Shown here: positions 12,001 through 25,015 of the stretch, piece by piece
How the letters are laid out: each line of letters opens with the position of its first letter
Numbering within the stretch: position 1 is the stretch's first letter
Source: the human T2T-CHM13v2.0 reference genome, Homo sapiens
DNA: 64,000 nucleotides
Reading direction: 5' to 3' (one strand)
Assembly (NCBI RefSeq): GCF_009914755.1
Contig: NC_060947.1
The notes under the pieces: generated by a model
Seen by the model: the letters and a program-made list of their open reading frames with translations, nothing else
Database searches by the model: none
Told to the model about the DNA's origin: nothing
Position numbers and translations under genes: made by a program

Positions 12001-14482
12001 TTGTTTTGTTAATCTTTACAAAAAATCAGCTCCTGGATTCATTGGTTTTTTTGAAGTGTTTTTCATGTCTCTATCTTCTTCAGTTCTGCTCTGATCTTAG
12101 TTATTTCTTGTCTTCTGCAAGATTTTGAGTTTGTTTGCTCTTCCTTCTCTATTTCCTTTAATTGTGATGCCCTTCTTTGTCTTTTTTGATCTTCTTTGGG
12201 TTAAAGTGTGTTTTATTAGAGACTAGAATTGCAACCGCTGCTTTTATTTTGCTTTCCATTTACGTGGTAAATATCCCTCTATCCCTTTATTTTGATCCCA
12301 TGTTTGTCTTTGCACATGAAATGGGTCTCCTGAATACAGCACACAGATGGGTCTTGACTCTTTATCCAATTTGCCAGTCTATGTCTTTTCACTGGGGCAT
12401 TTAGCCTATTTACATTTAAGGTTAATATTGTTATGTGTGAATTTCACCCTGCCATTATGATGCTAGATGGTTATTTTGCTCGTTAGTTGATGCAGTTTCG
12501 TTATAGTGTTGATGGTCTTACAATTTGGTATATTTTTGCAGTGGCTGGTACTTTTTTTTTCCTCCATACTTAGTGCTTCTTTCGGGAGCTCTTGTAAGGA
12601 AGGCCTGAGGGTGACAAAATCTCTCAGAATTTGCTTGCCTGTAAAGGATTTTATTTCCTCTTCACTTATAAAGCTCAGTTTGGCTGGATATGAAATTCTG
12701 GGTTGAAAATTCTTTTCTTTAAGCATATAATATTGGCCCCCACTGTCTTCTGGCTTGTAGAGTTTCTGCAGAGGGGATCAACTGTTAGTCTGATGGGCTT
12801 CCCTTTGTGGGTAACCTGACCTTTCTCTCTGGCTGCCCTGACCATTTTTTACTCCTTTTCAACCTTGGTGAATCTGACAATTATATGTCTTGGGGTTGCT
12901 CTTCTCAAAGGATATCTTAGTGGTGTTCTCTGTGTTTCCTGAATTTGATATTGGCCTGTCTTGCTAGGTTGGGGAAGTTCTCCTGGATACTATCCTGAAG
13001 AGTGTTTTCCAACTTGGTTCCATTCTCCCCCTCACTTTCAGGTACACCAATAAAATGCAGGTTTGATCTTTTCACATAGTCCCAGATTTCTTGGAGGCTT
13101 TGTTCATTCCTTTTCATTTTTTTCTCTAATCTTGTCTTCACACTTTATTTAATTAAGATGATCTTCAGTCTCTGATATCCTTTCTTCCACTTGATCAATT
13201 TGGCAATTGATACTCGTGTATGCTTCTCGAAGTTCTTGTGCTGTGTTTTTCAGTTCCATTAGGTCATTTATATGTTTCTCTAAACTAGTTATTCTAGTTA
13301 GCAATTTTTCTAATTTTTTTTCAAGGTTCTTAGCTTCCTTGCATTGGGTTAGAACAATCTCCTTTAGCTTGGAGGAGTTTGTTATTACCCATCTTCTGAA
13401 GCCTATTTCTGTCAGTTCATCAAACTCATTCTCTGTCCAGTTTTGTTCCCTTGCTGGCGTGGAGTTGTGATCATTTGGAGAAGAGGCATTCTGGTTTTTG
13501 GAATTTTCAGCCTTTTTTGCGCTGGTTTTCCTCCTCTTTGTGGATTTATCTACCTTTGGTCTTTGATGTTGGTGAACTTTGGATGGGGTTTCTGTGTGGA
13601 TGATTTTTTTTGTTGATGTCGATGCTGTTCCTATCTGTTTGTTAGTTTTCCTTCCAACAGTCAGGGCCCTTTCCTGCAGGTCTGCTAGAGTTTGCTGGAG
13701 GTCCACTGCATACCCTGTTTGCCTGGGTATCTCCAGTGGAGGCTGCAGAACAACAAAGATTGCTACCTGTTTCTTCCTCTGGAAGCTTCGTCCCAGATGG
13801 GCACCCACCAGATGCCAGCCAGAGCTCTCCTGTATGAGGTGTCTATCATCCCCTGCTGGGAGGCATTTCCCAGTCAGGAGGCACAGGTTTGCGGGACCCA
13901 TTTGAGGAGGTAGTCTGTCCCTTAGCAGAGCTAGAGAGCTGTGCTGGAAGATCCACTGCTCTCTTCAGAGCCAGCAGACAGGAATATTTAAGTCTGCTGA
14001 AGCTGTGCCCACATACGCTCCTTCCCCAAGGTGCTCTGTCCTAGGGATGTGGGAGTTTTATCTATAAGTCCCTAACTGGGGCTTCTGCCTTTCTTTCAGA
14101 GATGCCCTGCCCAGACAGAAGGAATCTAGAGAGGCAGTCTGGCTACAACAGCTTTGTGGAGCTGTGGTGGGCTCTGTCCAGTTTGAACTTCCCAGTTGCT
14201 TTGTTTACACTGTGAGGGGAAACCCTGCCTACTCAAGCCCACCGTGCTCGCTTGTCCCAGGTCGACTTCAGACTGCTGTGCTGGCAGTGAGAATTTCAAG
14301 CCAGTGGATCTTAGCTTGCTTGGCTCCGTGGAGGTGGGTTCCTCTGAGCTAGACCACTTGGCTCTCTGGCTTCAGCCCCGCTTCCAGGAGAATGTATGGT
14401 TCTGTATTGCTGGCATTCCAGACACCACTGGGATATGGAAAATACTTCTACAGCTAGCTAGGTGTCTGCCCAAACAGCTGCC
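9032..14482 (-). mobile_element. Near full-length L1PA (about L1PA6-8), disabled, with internal deletion and missing 5' end
   Basis: Poly-T tail at 9032-9056 then TTATACTTTAAGCTCTGGGATACATGTGCAG; ORF2 fragments 10639-11497; ORF1 fragments 12463-13540; 5' UTR up to 14482; many frameshifts. Confidence 0.95.
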
Positions 14483-17400
14483 TATTTTCTGTATCCATAA
14501 ATTTACCTATTCCAATATTTCATATAATATAATATAATCATACAATATTTGCCCTGGTGCTTCTTGATTTTTTATGTGTTTTCAAATCATTGTCTGATGT
14601 CACTTGCTTTTAACCTGAGGAACTTCACTTATTGTTTATTGACAAATTATCTGAGATTTTATTTATATTAAAATTTCATTAGTTTTCCTTAATTTCTGAA
14701 AGATAGTTTTGCTGGATATGAGATTCCTAGTTGAAGGGTTTTATTGTCTTTCTGAAAATTGAATGTGTCATTCCAGTGCTTTCTGATCTTTATTGTTTTG
14801 GCTAGAAACCAGCTGTTAATATTTTGGGGCTTTGCTTGCATGTGAAGTATCATTTTACTTTTACTGTTTCAAGCTTATTTTTCATGTTTGATTCTCTACA
14901 CATTTACTATGATATCTATGTTTTCAGATGCTCTTGAATTTATTTTAATTTTATTTTAATTTCATTGTATTGTAAGTTTTGGAATACATGTGCAGAACAT
15001 CCAGGATTTTTACATAGGTAACGTGTACCATGGTGCTTTGTTACTCAGATCAACCCATCAACTAGGTATTAATCCCTGCATTCATCAGCTATTTATCCTG
15101 ACGTTCTCCCTCCCACACCACAACCCCGACAGGCCCCAGTGTGTGTCGTTCCCCTTTCTGTGTCCATGTGTTCTCATTGTTCAGCTTCCACTTATAATAA
15201 GTGAGAACATGAGGTGTTTGGTTTTCTCTTCCTGTGTTAGTTTGCTGAAGATATTGGCTTCCAGCTCCATCCATTTCCTTTCAAAGGACATAATCTAATT
15301 CCCTTTTATAGCTGTATAGTATTCAATGGTGTATATGTACCACATTTCCTTTATCCAGTCTATCACTGACGGACATTTGGGTTGATTCCATGTCTTTGTT
15401 ATTGGGCATAGTGCTGCAACAAACATACACATGCGTGTATCTTTATAGTAGAATAATTTCTACTCCTTTAGGCATATACCCTGTAATGGGACTGTTGGAT
15501 TAAATGGTATTTTCGGTTCTAGGTCTTTGAGGAATCACCATACTCTCTTTCAACCACAGTGGTTGAACTAATTGACTCTCCCACCAACAGTGTAAAAGCA
15601 TTTCTATTTCTCCACAGCCTTGCCAACATCTGTTGTTTCTTGACTTTTTAATATTTGCCATTCCAACTGGTGTGGGATGGTATCTCATTGTGGTTTTTGT
15701 TTGCATTTCTCTAATGATCAGTGATGTTGAGCTTTTTTTTTTTTTCATGTTTGCTGGCCACATAAATGTCTTCTTTTGAGAATATCTGCTCATATCCTTG
15801 GCCCACTTTTTATTGTTTTTTTTTTTCTTGTAGATTTGTTTAAGTTCCTTGTAGATTCTGAATATTAGCCCTTTATGAGATGGATACATTGCAAAAATTT
15901 TCCCATTCTCTAGGTTGTCTGCTCACTCTGATTGATAGTTCCTTTTGCTGTGCAAAAGCTCTTTAGTTTAATTAGATCCCATTGGTCAATTTTTGCTTTT
16001 GTTGCAATTGCTTTCAAAGTTTTCGTCATGAAATCTTAGCCCATGCCTATATCCTGAATCGTATTGTTGAGATTTTCTTCTAAGGTTTTTATAGTTTTGG
16101 GTTTTATACTTAAGTCTTTAGTCCATCTTGAGTTAATTTGGGTATAAAGTGTGTGGAAGTGTCAAGCTTCAGTTTTTGCAAGTGGCTAGCCAGTTTTCCC
16201 AGCACCATTTATTAAATAAGGAATCTTTTCCTCATTGCTTGTTTTTGTCAAGTTTGTCGAAGATCAGAGGTTTGTAGATGTGCAATCTTAGCCTTGGCAT
16301 TTGTTGTGCTTCTTGGATTTTAGGTTGATTTTTTCATCAATTTTGGGAAATTTCTACCACTATTACTATTAATATCTTTTCTGCCTCTTTTTCCCCTGCT
16401 CTTCTAGCACCCACGTTACATTTGTTTTGGTGTGTTTAATTGTATCTCCTATTTTTCTCTCTGCTCTTTGGATTTCACTGTATCTATCAATCTATCTTAA
16501 GTTTACTGATTTGTCTGACAAATGGAATCTAAATTTGAGCTTCTTTAGTGATTTTATAATTTCAGTTATTATTTTTTTAACTTCAGTATTTTAATTAAAA
16601 TAATTTCTATCTGTTTATTTATATTCTCTATTTAATGAAACATTATCAGAATACCTCTATTTTCTGAATTAGTATTTTTTGTCTAGCTCTTTAAATATAT
16701 TTATGATTGCTGCTTTGATATCTTACAGGCAAGATACAGTCCTCTTACAGAAAGTTTCTGCTGCTTGTATTTTTTGTTTTGTATGGGTCACAATTTTTAT
16801 TTATTTGTAGGTTTTATTAAATTTTGTTGAGAACAGGACATTTAGATAATATATTATAGAAACAGAATATCACCCCATTTCTGGTTTTGTTGTTGTCTTA
16901 TTTGTTTAGTAACTAGCGAATATTAGTGAAATTTATTTTCCCCACAGTGTCGATCCTTTGATGTACCTCCTCAAGAGCACAGCCTTGGGCATTCACTGAC
17001 TTACCCTGGGGGTAAGTATTAGCAGCAGAGTGGTTTTAGCAGGAATCTCTTTCACTGTCTCTTCCCTCGATTTGTCTGCTAAGATGTCTGCCTCTATTGG
17101 TATCATATTTGGCTGTTACCCTCCACTAAATGACATCTGACTGCTTTTGACCACTAGCTGGGTCATAAATTTCCCCACAGCTCAATCTAATTGAATTCAG
17201 GCGCCCGTGCAAGGGTAGCTGTTGAGCCTAGCCTTTGAGTTTCATTCAGACCCCACACGAGCTCTTTTTAGTTTGCTCTTTTTTTAATTTTCTTTGGTAA
17301 ACCAGTTGACCTATGGTTTAGCTTGTTGCATTTTTAAAGCTACCGGCCTCCTCTTGCTTACTACCAAAATTGTTCTTAAATGTGCCCTTAGGCTTCAACT

Positions 17401-17933
17401 TTCTCCACACTCTTTTCCAAATAAATTCAGTTTCTTTGTAAATAACTTCACAGGTTTCTATTCTAATAGAATCTGCAGAATCTCTAAGAAAGTGCTCTGG
17501 AGCTGGTGGCAGGGACCATAGCCCACTTTTATTGGAGTGGCATTTCTGCTTTATGAACAGGGTTCTAGGTGGGGCAGTAACTTCTTGTATTCTCAGCTTG
17601 CCTTCTATCATTGAATCTCTGCCCTACAAGTTAGCTGGGAGTTGGGAAATTGGGGCCCCATGATTCTCAGCCTGTCACACCTAGGGTAAAGTTTCCATCT
17701 TGTGAGTTGGGGCTGGGTGGAGGAAAAGAGCCCCTGACTTCTCAGGAACTCTTGGCTGGTATTTAGCCTCTAAAACACAGAGATGAGAGTGAAGAGAAGT
17801 GCGAAGACCTTCTCCTTCTAGGAAGATATTATGGCAATTCTCTGGAGATAGAAAGAGGGATCCCTGTCTCCTTGGTCACCCCTACCCAGAGCGGAGTTTC
17901 TGTCATGCTAAAATTGGGAGAGGAGTAGATGAG
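14483..17933 (-). mobile_element. Old L1M pieces (3' UTR scrap, ORF1 and 5' region), interrupted by a younger L1
   Basis: GAAAGATAGTTTTGCTGGATATGAGATTC (ORF1 antisense); the host text resumes at 16291 after the nested insertion. Confidence 0.7.
14941..16290 (-). mobile_element. 5'-truncated L1PA (about L1PA8-13) 3' end nested in old L1M
   Basis: Degraded T-tail, L1PA-type 3' UTR, ORF 15500..15889 containing KKSRNNRCWQGCGEIEMLLHCWWE. Confidence 0.92.
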
Positions 17934-18289
17934 TGGATTTGTCCATTCTCATGCTGCTAATAAAGACATACCCAAGACTTGGTAATTTATAAAGAAAAGA
18001 GGTTTAACAGACTCACAGTTTCACATGGCTAGGGGGGCCTCACAAACATGGTGGAAGATGAAGGAAGAAGAAAGGGACTTCTTACATGGCAGTGGACAAG
18101 AAAGTTTGTGCAGGGGAACTCCCATTTATAAAACCATCAGAACTCATGAGATTTATTCACTGCCATGCGAACATTATGGGGAAAACTGCTTCCATGATTT
18201 AATGATCTCCACGTAGTCCCACCCTTGACACGTGGGGATTCTTACAATTCAAGGTGAGATTTGGGTGGGGACACATCCAAACCATATCA
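17934..18289 (-). mobile_element. THE1 (MaLR) solo LTR
   Basis: 356 bp from TGGATTTGTCCATTCTCATGCTGCTAATAAAGACATACCC to CCAAACCATATCA (reverse complement of TGATATGGTTTGG). Confidence 0.92.
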
Positions 18290-18449
18290 GTGTGAGTGAA
18301 TGGACCAAGACTCGAGTGCCATAGACTCTACTCTTAACAATATTTAGTTACTCCACTTGCTGTATGTTATTGGGACACTTTCTGATGGCTTTAAGTAATT
18401 ACTGTTTTTTTCTATGTCATTATTTTTCAACTTTATCATCCAATGTCTT

Positions 18450-19090
18450 CATCCTTTGATTAAATATTAGCAATGGTTTTCTGACTTGTTTCCTTGCCTC
18501 CAATCTCTCACCTCTCTAACCAGAGGTATCTTCCTTGTATCAAATCTGAAAACATCAGTTCACTTGGTCACTTCAGACATTATAATGTTTCCTCATTATA
18601 TAACAGATAGAGTTGAAACTCCATAATGTGCCATTTCAGGCCTCTGTTATTTGATCTATAACCACCTTTCTGTCCATATGTACACCATTTTGTAGCCATA
18701 ATTAACTATATCCTGAACATGCCATCACTTGTCTTATCTTTGAGCCTTTGCTTATGCTATTTCTTCCACCTAGGATGATATTAACCCACGTTTTTCTCTG
18801 CCTGTGAAATTTGCCGATACTTGAAGGCATGTGTTTATGTTACCTTAACAGTGGAACTATTCATGATTTCTCTTCCGAAAGAACTAATCTCTCTTTTCTT
18901 TTTGTTCTCTCAACACCTTTCTCATATTTATAATTAACACTTATTTACTTTGTGTTGTTAAATGTGTTTACAAGTCTGTCTGTTAAAGACTGTGTGCTCA
19001 TTGAGGATGGGAACTGTATTCTTGTGTGTTTTTCATGACTTACATGGTGCATAATATAGCATAGGTGCTCAATACGTTTTAAATCAATGG
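18450..19090 (+). mobile_element. LINE-2 3' fragment
   Basis: GCCTTTGCTTATGCTATTTCTTCCACCTAGGATG...ATAGGTGCTCAATACGTTTTAAATCAATG, a typical L2 tail. Confidence 0.7.
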
Positions 19091-20049
19091 CATAATCAAA
19101 ATAAATATTTTATGAGTTAAATAACTGGTGATACTGATTCCGGGGTAACTTTTAGTGTTTATTTTCTCTTATTCCATTTTCTCAAATCTTCCAGGGAAGA
19201 TCTAAACAAACTCTAAAAGTTAGCCTGACTTGCAGCTCGGGCTGCCCAAATCATAGTTGCTATGGCATTAATTTTATGATATTAATTTTAGCAGGGACTT
19301 TCTCTAGCCTTACAAAGCATTGTGAATTTTTGTGGACTGTGAATGTGTTTTGTGTGTATTTATGTGTTTGAGTCATGTAAGTGTGTACTGTGTGGTGGTA
19401 TTGAAACAGGAGGAGGTGAAGTTGTTTTTCCATCTACTTAGCTATCCAAATCACCCAGAAATGCTTTTCTAGCTTTCTAGCTTTTTGTTCTACTTCATTT
19501 TTAATATATTTTTGTTGCTTTTTAATTGTTCTTAATGGAAATTTTGAAAATTTTACTTTTATTTTGTTAGTTGTGGTAGTTTTCTTTAACTCGGCAGTAT
19601 TCATTTATTGGCTTCTTTTTTGAGGTAGCTCTTAACTACAACTCCCCAAAATCCTCTTGGAGAATAATTAATTCTAATGGAGCATGATGTTTCCCTGTAA
19701 TTTCTCATTTTATACTCAGTGATACAGACAAGTGGGGGGCAATTCAGAACTTGTTTGTTCATGGCTGCATGAAGGGTCATTAACTAAGTAAATCTCTCCA
19801 CTGTGTTCTTGAAAGCTATTGGCAATATAGCCCCTGGTTGGCAAAGCTGGGATCCAAGGCTTCTCATGCCCAGTTCTTCAGGAAACTGAGTATAGGTCCC
19901 CTCTGGAGCTTCTGTTTCTCTGCCTTGCAGGGTTCCTGAAGGCAGGTAGAATAGAGACTGCCATCCAGCCAATGAGCTTGCCCACACTTGTCAGCACTCT
20001 GCTGTTTTTGGATGAGATTCATGGCAATCTCATAATCTATGAAAGATTC

Positions 20050-20500
20050 TGAAGCATAATGGAAAGAATATTGGAACTTCAGTTAGCCAGACTTAGTCTC
20101 TGGCCCTGATTTGCCTCTGCTATTTATTAGCTATATGTCCTTGAGTAACTCTCTTGACCTTCCTGGAATTCTATTCTTTCACTGAACTAAAACTTAATGA
20201 GACTTAGGGTGCATGAAGGGAAAATTAATATGAAGTGGAAGTGAGGACAGAAGTTACTAAAATTGATTGAGTACTTATTATATGCCAGGTACTATGTTTG
20301 TAGTTTATGTAAATTTATCTTATTTAATTCTCCATAAGAGTTGGTGATATAGGAGACATTATTTTTATGTGACATATAAAGAAACTGATGCTCAAAGAGA
20401 TGAAACACTTGGCTTAAATATCACATGACAGGTGAGTAGCAGAGATACAATTTGAATGGAGAACTATCTAAAACCAAACTCCATATTCTTTCCATTGCAT
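20050..20500. mobile_element. Two MIR fragments in opposite orientations
   Basis: TTTATTAGCTATATGTCCTTGAGTAACTCTCTTGACCT (+) and ATAAAGAAACTGATGCTCAAAGAGATGAAACACTTG (-) MIR cores. Confidence 0.7.
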
Positions 20501-21789
20501 TTTTATGCTTGGTTCCTTTTGCTAGTCCTGCTCAATGCCAGTAGTCTTCCATACAGACAGGTTGATGGGGCCCAACTTGTTGCTATAGTTTCTACAGACC
20601 CCATTTGAAGAACTCAACAATTTATCCAATGCTGGAGGCAAAATAAGTGAATGTCGAAGCATCTGAATAACCATTTAAAGATTTGGGAGGTATGTTTTGA
20701 TAGAATCCACTTCCCCAATGACTTGGAAGAAATCCTTCCTTTGAACTGGACTGTCTCATCACCATGGGCTCCTGGGAAATTTCTCAATGAGCCACCTAAG
20801 ATTTTACCAATAGAGGAAAAGATGTGGGATACACTACTGAATCTGCACTAGACCGTAATCCTGAGCAGCCTGGTGAGGTCAACCTCTTCACCAATCTGAG
20901 GAGCATGGATCCCATGTCATTCCGTCATTCCCATCTTCAGACCATTAAACTTTGGGGGAAAAGTGGCTTACTGGTGATGTTTTCCCTTTTTCAACATCTC
21001 TAGCTTTTGGCATTAAATGCTGCAGAATCACTTCGACTGTGGTGTAAATTCTGTGTCCCTGTTCTACTGGAGACCACCCAGAGCCTCTTCTACTGGATAT
21101 TGATCCTAATAATCACCCCAGTTGCCATCATTATCACACCAGTGGTATTTCAGCCCCCTCAACAAGCTGAGATCAGTTGATAAATTCAAAAGTGCACGTG
21201 CCTTATACAATGTTAATATGGGAGTTCTATGGAACACTGTCTTAGAAGCTTAAAAATCCTTCACAGATCCAGAAAATTACATATGTTCTCATCATTTCTG
21301 ATAGCTTACAGTCAAGTTCCAAATAGGTCAGATGTCTTCTCTCCCCATCACCCTGTAATTTTGATCCAGAAGATTATCTTTTAAGCCAATAGCTGTCACA
21401 CTAGATTGAATGTGGATATTCAACCCAGAACTTTAGGCTTGCTCATGTTCTACTACTTGGCAGGGCAGAGAAGGAAGCTGGGTTTCCTACCAATGGTGAT
21501 AGCCAGAGAAACAGCAGGTGTAGCTTCTCTGGTGTTGGCCTGAAGGTGACATAAATGGCCTTTAAGAGATGAGTTCTTTTTGCTCAGAAGCTTCAAATTT
21601 GTTCTCCCCACTGCCTTCTTCCTCCATTCCCCCCAAAAAACCTACTATATTTTACATTTCCAAAACATCATTCTTTCCCTTATTGTCAATGTCTTCAGTT
21701 TGGCTGATTTCCAGCAAAGATGCCTCTCACCTAACTGGGCCTTTCCCCAGCCATGTAGGCATTGTCTTGGAAGCACACGTACACACTCA

Positions 21790-22600
21790 AACAACTTAAT
21801 TTAAATTAGGTTACCAGCAGTGTAATTATGGACAAGCTACTGGACACTTTTTGCCTCAGCTCTCCATCAGTAAAATAAAAATAGTTTACCTCATAGGGTT
21901 ATTATGCTTGTTACAACATTATGAGTGTTAAAATCCAAGCATAATGTCAGGTTCTTAACCTTTTCTTCTCTTACTCCTGTTATACTTCCTCTTCCTTCCT
22001 TTCTTTCTGTAAACCAGAAACCACAATATAAGTGATCTGTTTAGACTTTTTTCTCTTTTTGCTAGAGGAAAGAGGCTGGGAACTTCTTGCTGATACTTCT
22101 TCAGCAAGTGCCTGAAGAAAATGTTCATAATAGACTTGAATAAAGTCTTAGGGTCTCACTCATGAGTAGTACAGACCCAAATGTAAATCAGTAGCCTTTT
22201 CAAAATAAAGACAAACATCAAAGATTAGTTAATTAATGAATTTGTATTGAGCAATTACTGTTGATATGTTCAGTGTTAGGCAACAGAAGAAGGTAAAGCC
22301 TTTGCTCTATTCCTTTGAGAAAGACAAAAAATGTATGAAGACATTGAGGGAAAGGCCAATGTATGGTTATTTGTGTGTTGTACTGCATCATAGAATGATA
22401 GATGCTCATAGCCAGAAAGAGCTTCTACGATGTACCTGTCACTGTATCTCATTTACACCTCAGAACAACTCTGCAGTGCAAGCACCGTATTAGTACCTAG
22501 AGTACATAAGGAACCTTTCAAATTTTCACCATGATAAAGGAAGGATTTGAACCAGCTATGTCTAGCTTTCAAACCTGTCATAGTACTACTGCACTACAGA
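21790..22600. mobile_element. Scattered MIR and L2 relics
   Basis: GGACAAGCTACTGGACAC...GCCTCAG...CATCAGTAAAAT; GAATTTGTATTGAGCAATTACTG; GGATTTGAACCAG. Confidence 0.5.
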
Positions 22601-23979
22601 GCTTCCAAAGCATAAGGTGGGCTGGAACATTTTGAGAACTCTATGAAAGAACTGTATGCCTTTCACATCCTTTTAATTGCTGGCCTCAGCAATTATGTCA
22701 TCTATCGTAAATGATTTGTATGTGTCTTATACATTATTACATGCAGAAACTTGTTGTAAATTGTAAATATTCTAACTTAGAACATTTCACACATTACTTC
22801 TCTTGTTGAATGAGCCTAGACTATGCTTTATACCTGAGAACAATATGAAGATATTTATTTGATCAGTCTTAGATTTTGATTCTTTGTTAAGTGTATCCAT
22901 TGTTGTCAACCCTAGCCATGTGACTTGCCATGTAAATAATCCCATGGAAATGTTAGTAAGACAGCCTTGGAAATATTTTTTCATTAAGTGGCTGTTTGTC
23001 TTGTATTGTTTCCTGTCTAGTTCATGTCTTTCAACTTTCTTTCCCTTTGTTCCTCCCACCGTCTGACTCTGCTTACAAAGATGTACACAGTTGATGGTGG
23101 ACATGTGAAAGATAGAAAAATGTCAGGAGAAAATGGATTTTGGATGGACTGGTGGGGTGACACTGACTTGTGCTCTCTCCTCCATTTTATTCCTAATTTC
23201 CAGAGAGAACTATTTTCCTGTAAACTGTCATTGCTTCTTTTGCCTCATGTCACTCCCATCTCAGCAAAACATTTCTGCTGTAATTACTTGTATGTCAAAT
23301 TAAATGTATCACAGCAAAGCTTCTTGCTGCATTTCTTGTGGCAGAGAAAGAGAGAGATAGAGAGAGAGATGGCAAGAGGTATGAGGGAAATGGAAGGTCC
23401 CCGTGGACTCAGTGTGGAAACACCAGTTATCCATAACACTTTCTTTAACTGTACAGGAAGGAATGGCAGAGAGGTTGGGTGAAATCCACTTAGTCTGTTT
23501 TGCAATAAATTCAGCATTCTATCGCTTTGCAGTGAGTAAGGAGTTAAGAGGGTTAGCAGGGATGCATTCTTATTTTCAGTTTAAGTACAAAGTATCCATG
23601 GAAGTTTTACAACAAATTGGAAAGATGAGGCAACACACACGTGAGACAATAAAGTGATATCAGGCAGCCTAGGAGTAGATGTAAAGGCTGCTGACAGCCT
23701 TTGCAATCTTGAAGGCTCTGGAGAGAGTGCACTACATGTTAGCTGGGGTGAGGAAAATGGCTTACTAGATAGAAAAGTGTTCCAGCTAGGGCTGAAAGGA
23801 AGCATTTGGAAAGTCAGTGCAGTGGTTGACATTTCAGGGCAGGGAAATGGAGAATCTCAGCAGAGTCAAAGGCTGTACAAGCGATGGCTGAAGTTTCTAA
23901 GTAGGCTGAAGACTGATAGACCAATACTGGGACAGGCCCAGCTAGCTTTTGATAGTGGGAGTTATTATTGTTATTATCA

Positions 23980-24200
23980 ATGATCACAACTGACTATTTT
24001 GTACATACAAGGAACTGTGCTAGATGTTTCACATATTTTCACTTTAATTTCATGAGGGTGATGAACCTGATTTCTCTCCATTTTACAGATAAGCAAAATG
24101 AGGATCAGAAAGGTGCAGATACTTTTCCAAGGTTTTTTAGCTTAGTAGAAAAACAGTCTTGAAACTCAAGTAACCCTAATCTATCTGACTTAAACTAATC
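23980..24200 (-). mobile_element. MIR
   Basis: CCATTTTACAGATAAGCAAAATGAGGATCAGAAAGG core. Confidence 0.75.
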
Positions 24201-24739
24201 TAGGTGGAAAAATCTCACAATGTCACTCTTTAAAGAACTGTTACCTTCTACACTGGAAAATATGGATGCAGGTAGCTTGGCTCAAAAACTCTTGAGGGGT
24301 CTTAGAAGAGCCTGACATGCTGCATAAAAGGAGTTTCTGCTTCTCAAATCTAGTCTCCTCTCCCAGATAGATTGGTACAGGGACCCATGACATCGGCTCA
24401 GAAATACTTCTGGTCCACTGTTTGTTTTGTACACACAGCCCAGAATGTCTCCAGGCATACGCTGCTGCTTTCACTCAGAAAGGAAAGTTTGTACCTGGTA
24501 ATAAACATTGGGGTCTGAGGGGTTTACAGTTAATTGGTTGGATCATTCTTCATTTGTAATCTATAGAAGTTTTGAGAGTGAGGGAGAGTACTGTAATACA
24601 TGTGCTGGGACAAGTAAAGAAAGAAACTGTCTTTGAGAAAACTAGGAAATATGGGCATCCTACTTTTGTCTCGGCCTTTCTTCTGTCATCAGCTCATTGC
24701 ATGACTTGGTCTTTTTTCACCTTCAGGCTGACTTGATAC

Positions 24740-25015
24740 TTCCTGAAAGAGGTCTTCCATGCCTGCTCTGAATAGGCACCATACTCTCCCCTTACAATTA
24801 TTTTATATTACTGTGTTCTATTTATTTACATTTTACAACTTATGAAAATCTGTATTTATATGTTTATTTGTTTAATTATTTAATGCTTGTCTCCAACACT
24901 AAACTATAAATTCAAGAGAGCAGGGGCCTCGTCTGCTTTACTTATAAATATACACCTAGTGTACAGCATAATGCCTGGCACATAGCAATAATAAGAATTA
25001 ATATTAATTAAAGAA
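24740..25015 (+). mobile_element. LINE-2 3' end
   Basis: AAACTATAAATTCAAGAGAGCAGGGGCC...CAGCATAATGCCTGGCACATAG. Confidence 0.7.

Noticed and set aside
13149-13901. 250-aa ORF as a novel gene
   Set aside because: It is L1 5' UTR read in frame into the ORF1 N-terminus (ENSKNQNASSP...WTENEFDEL)
23024-23482. 152-aa ORF in unique sequence
   Set aside because: No recognisable domain, crosses a (GA)n tract, no supporting exon structure; length is compatible with chance
24585-24662. Possible hAT (MER94-like) terminal fragment
   Set aside because: Too short and degraded to support without a database search
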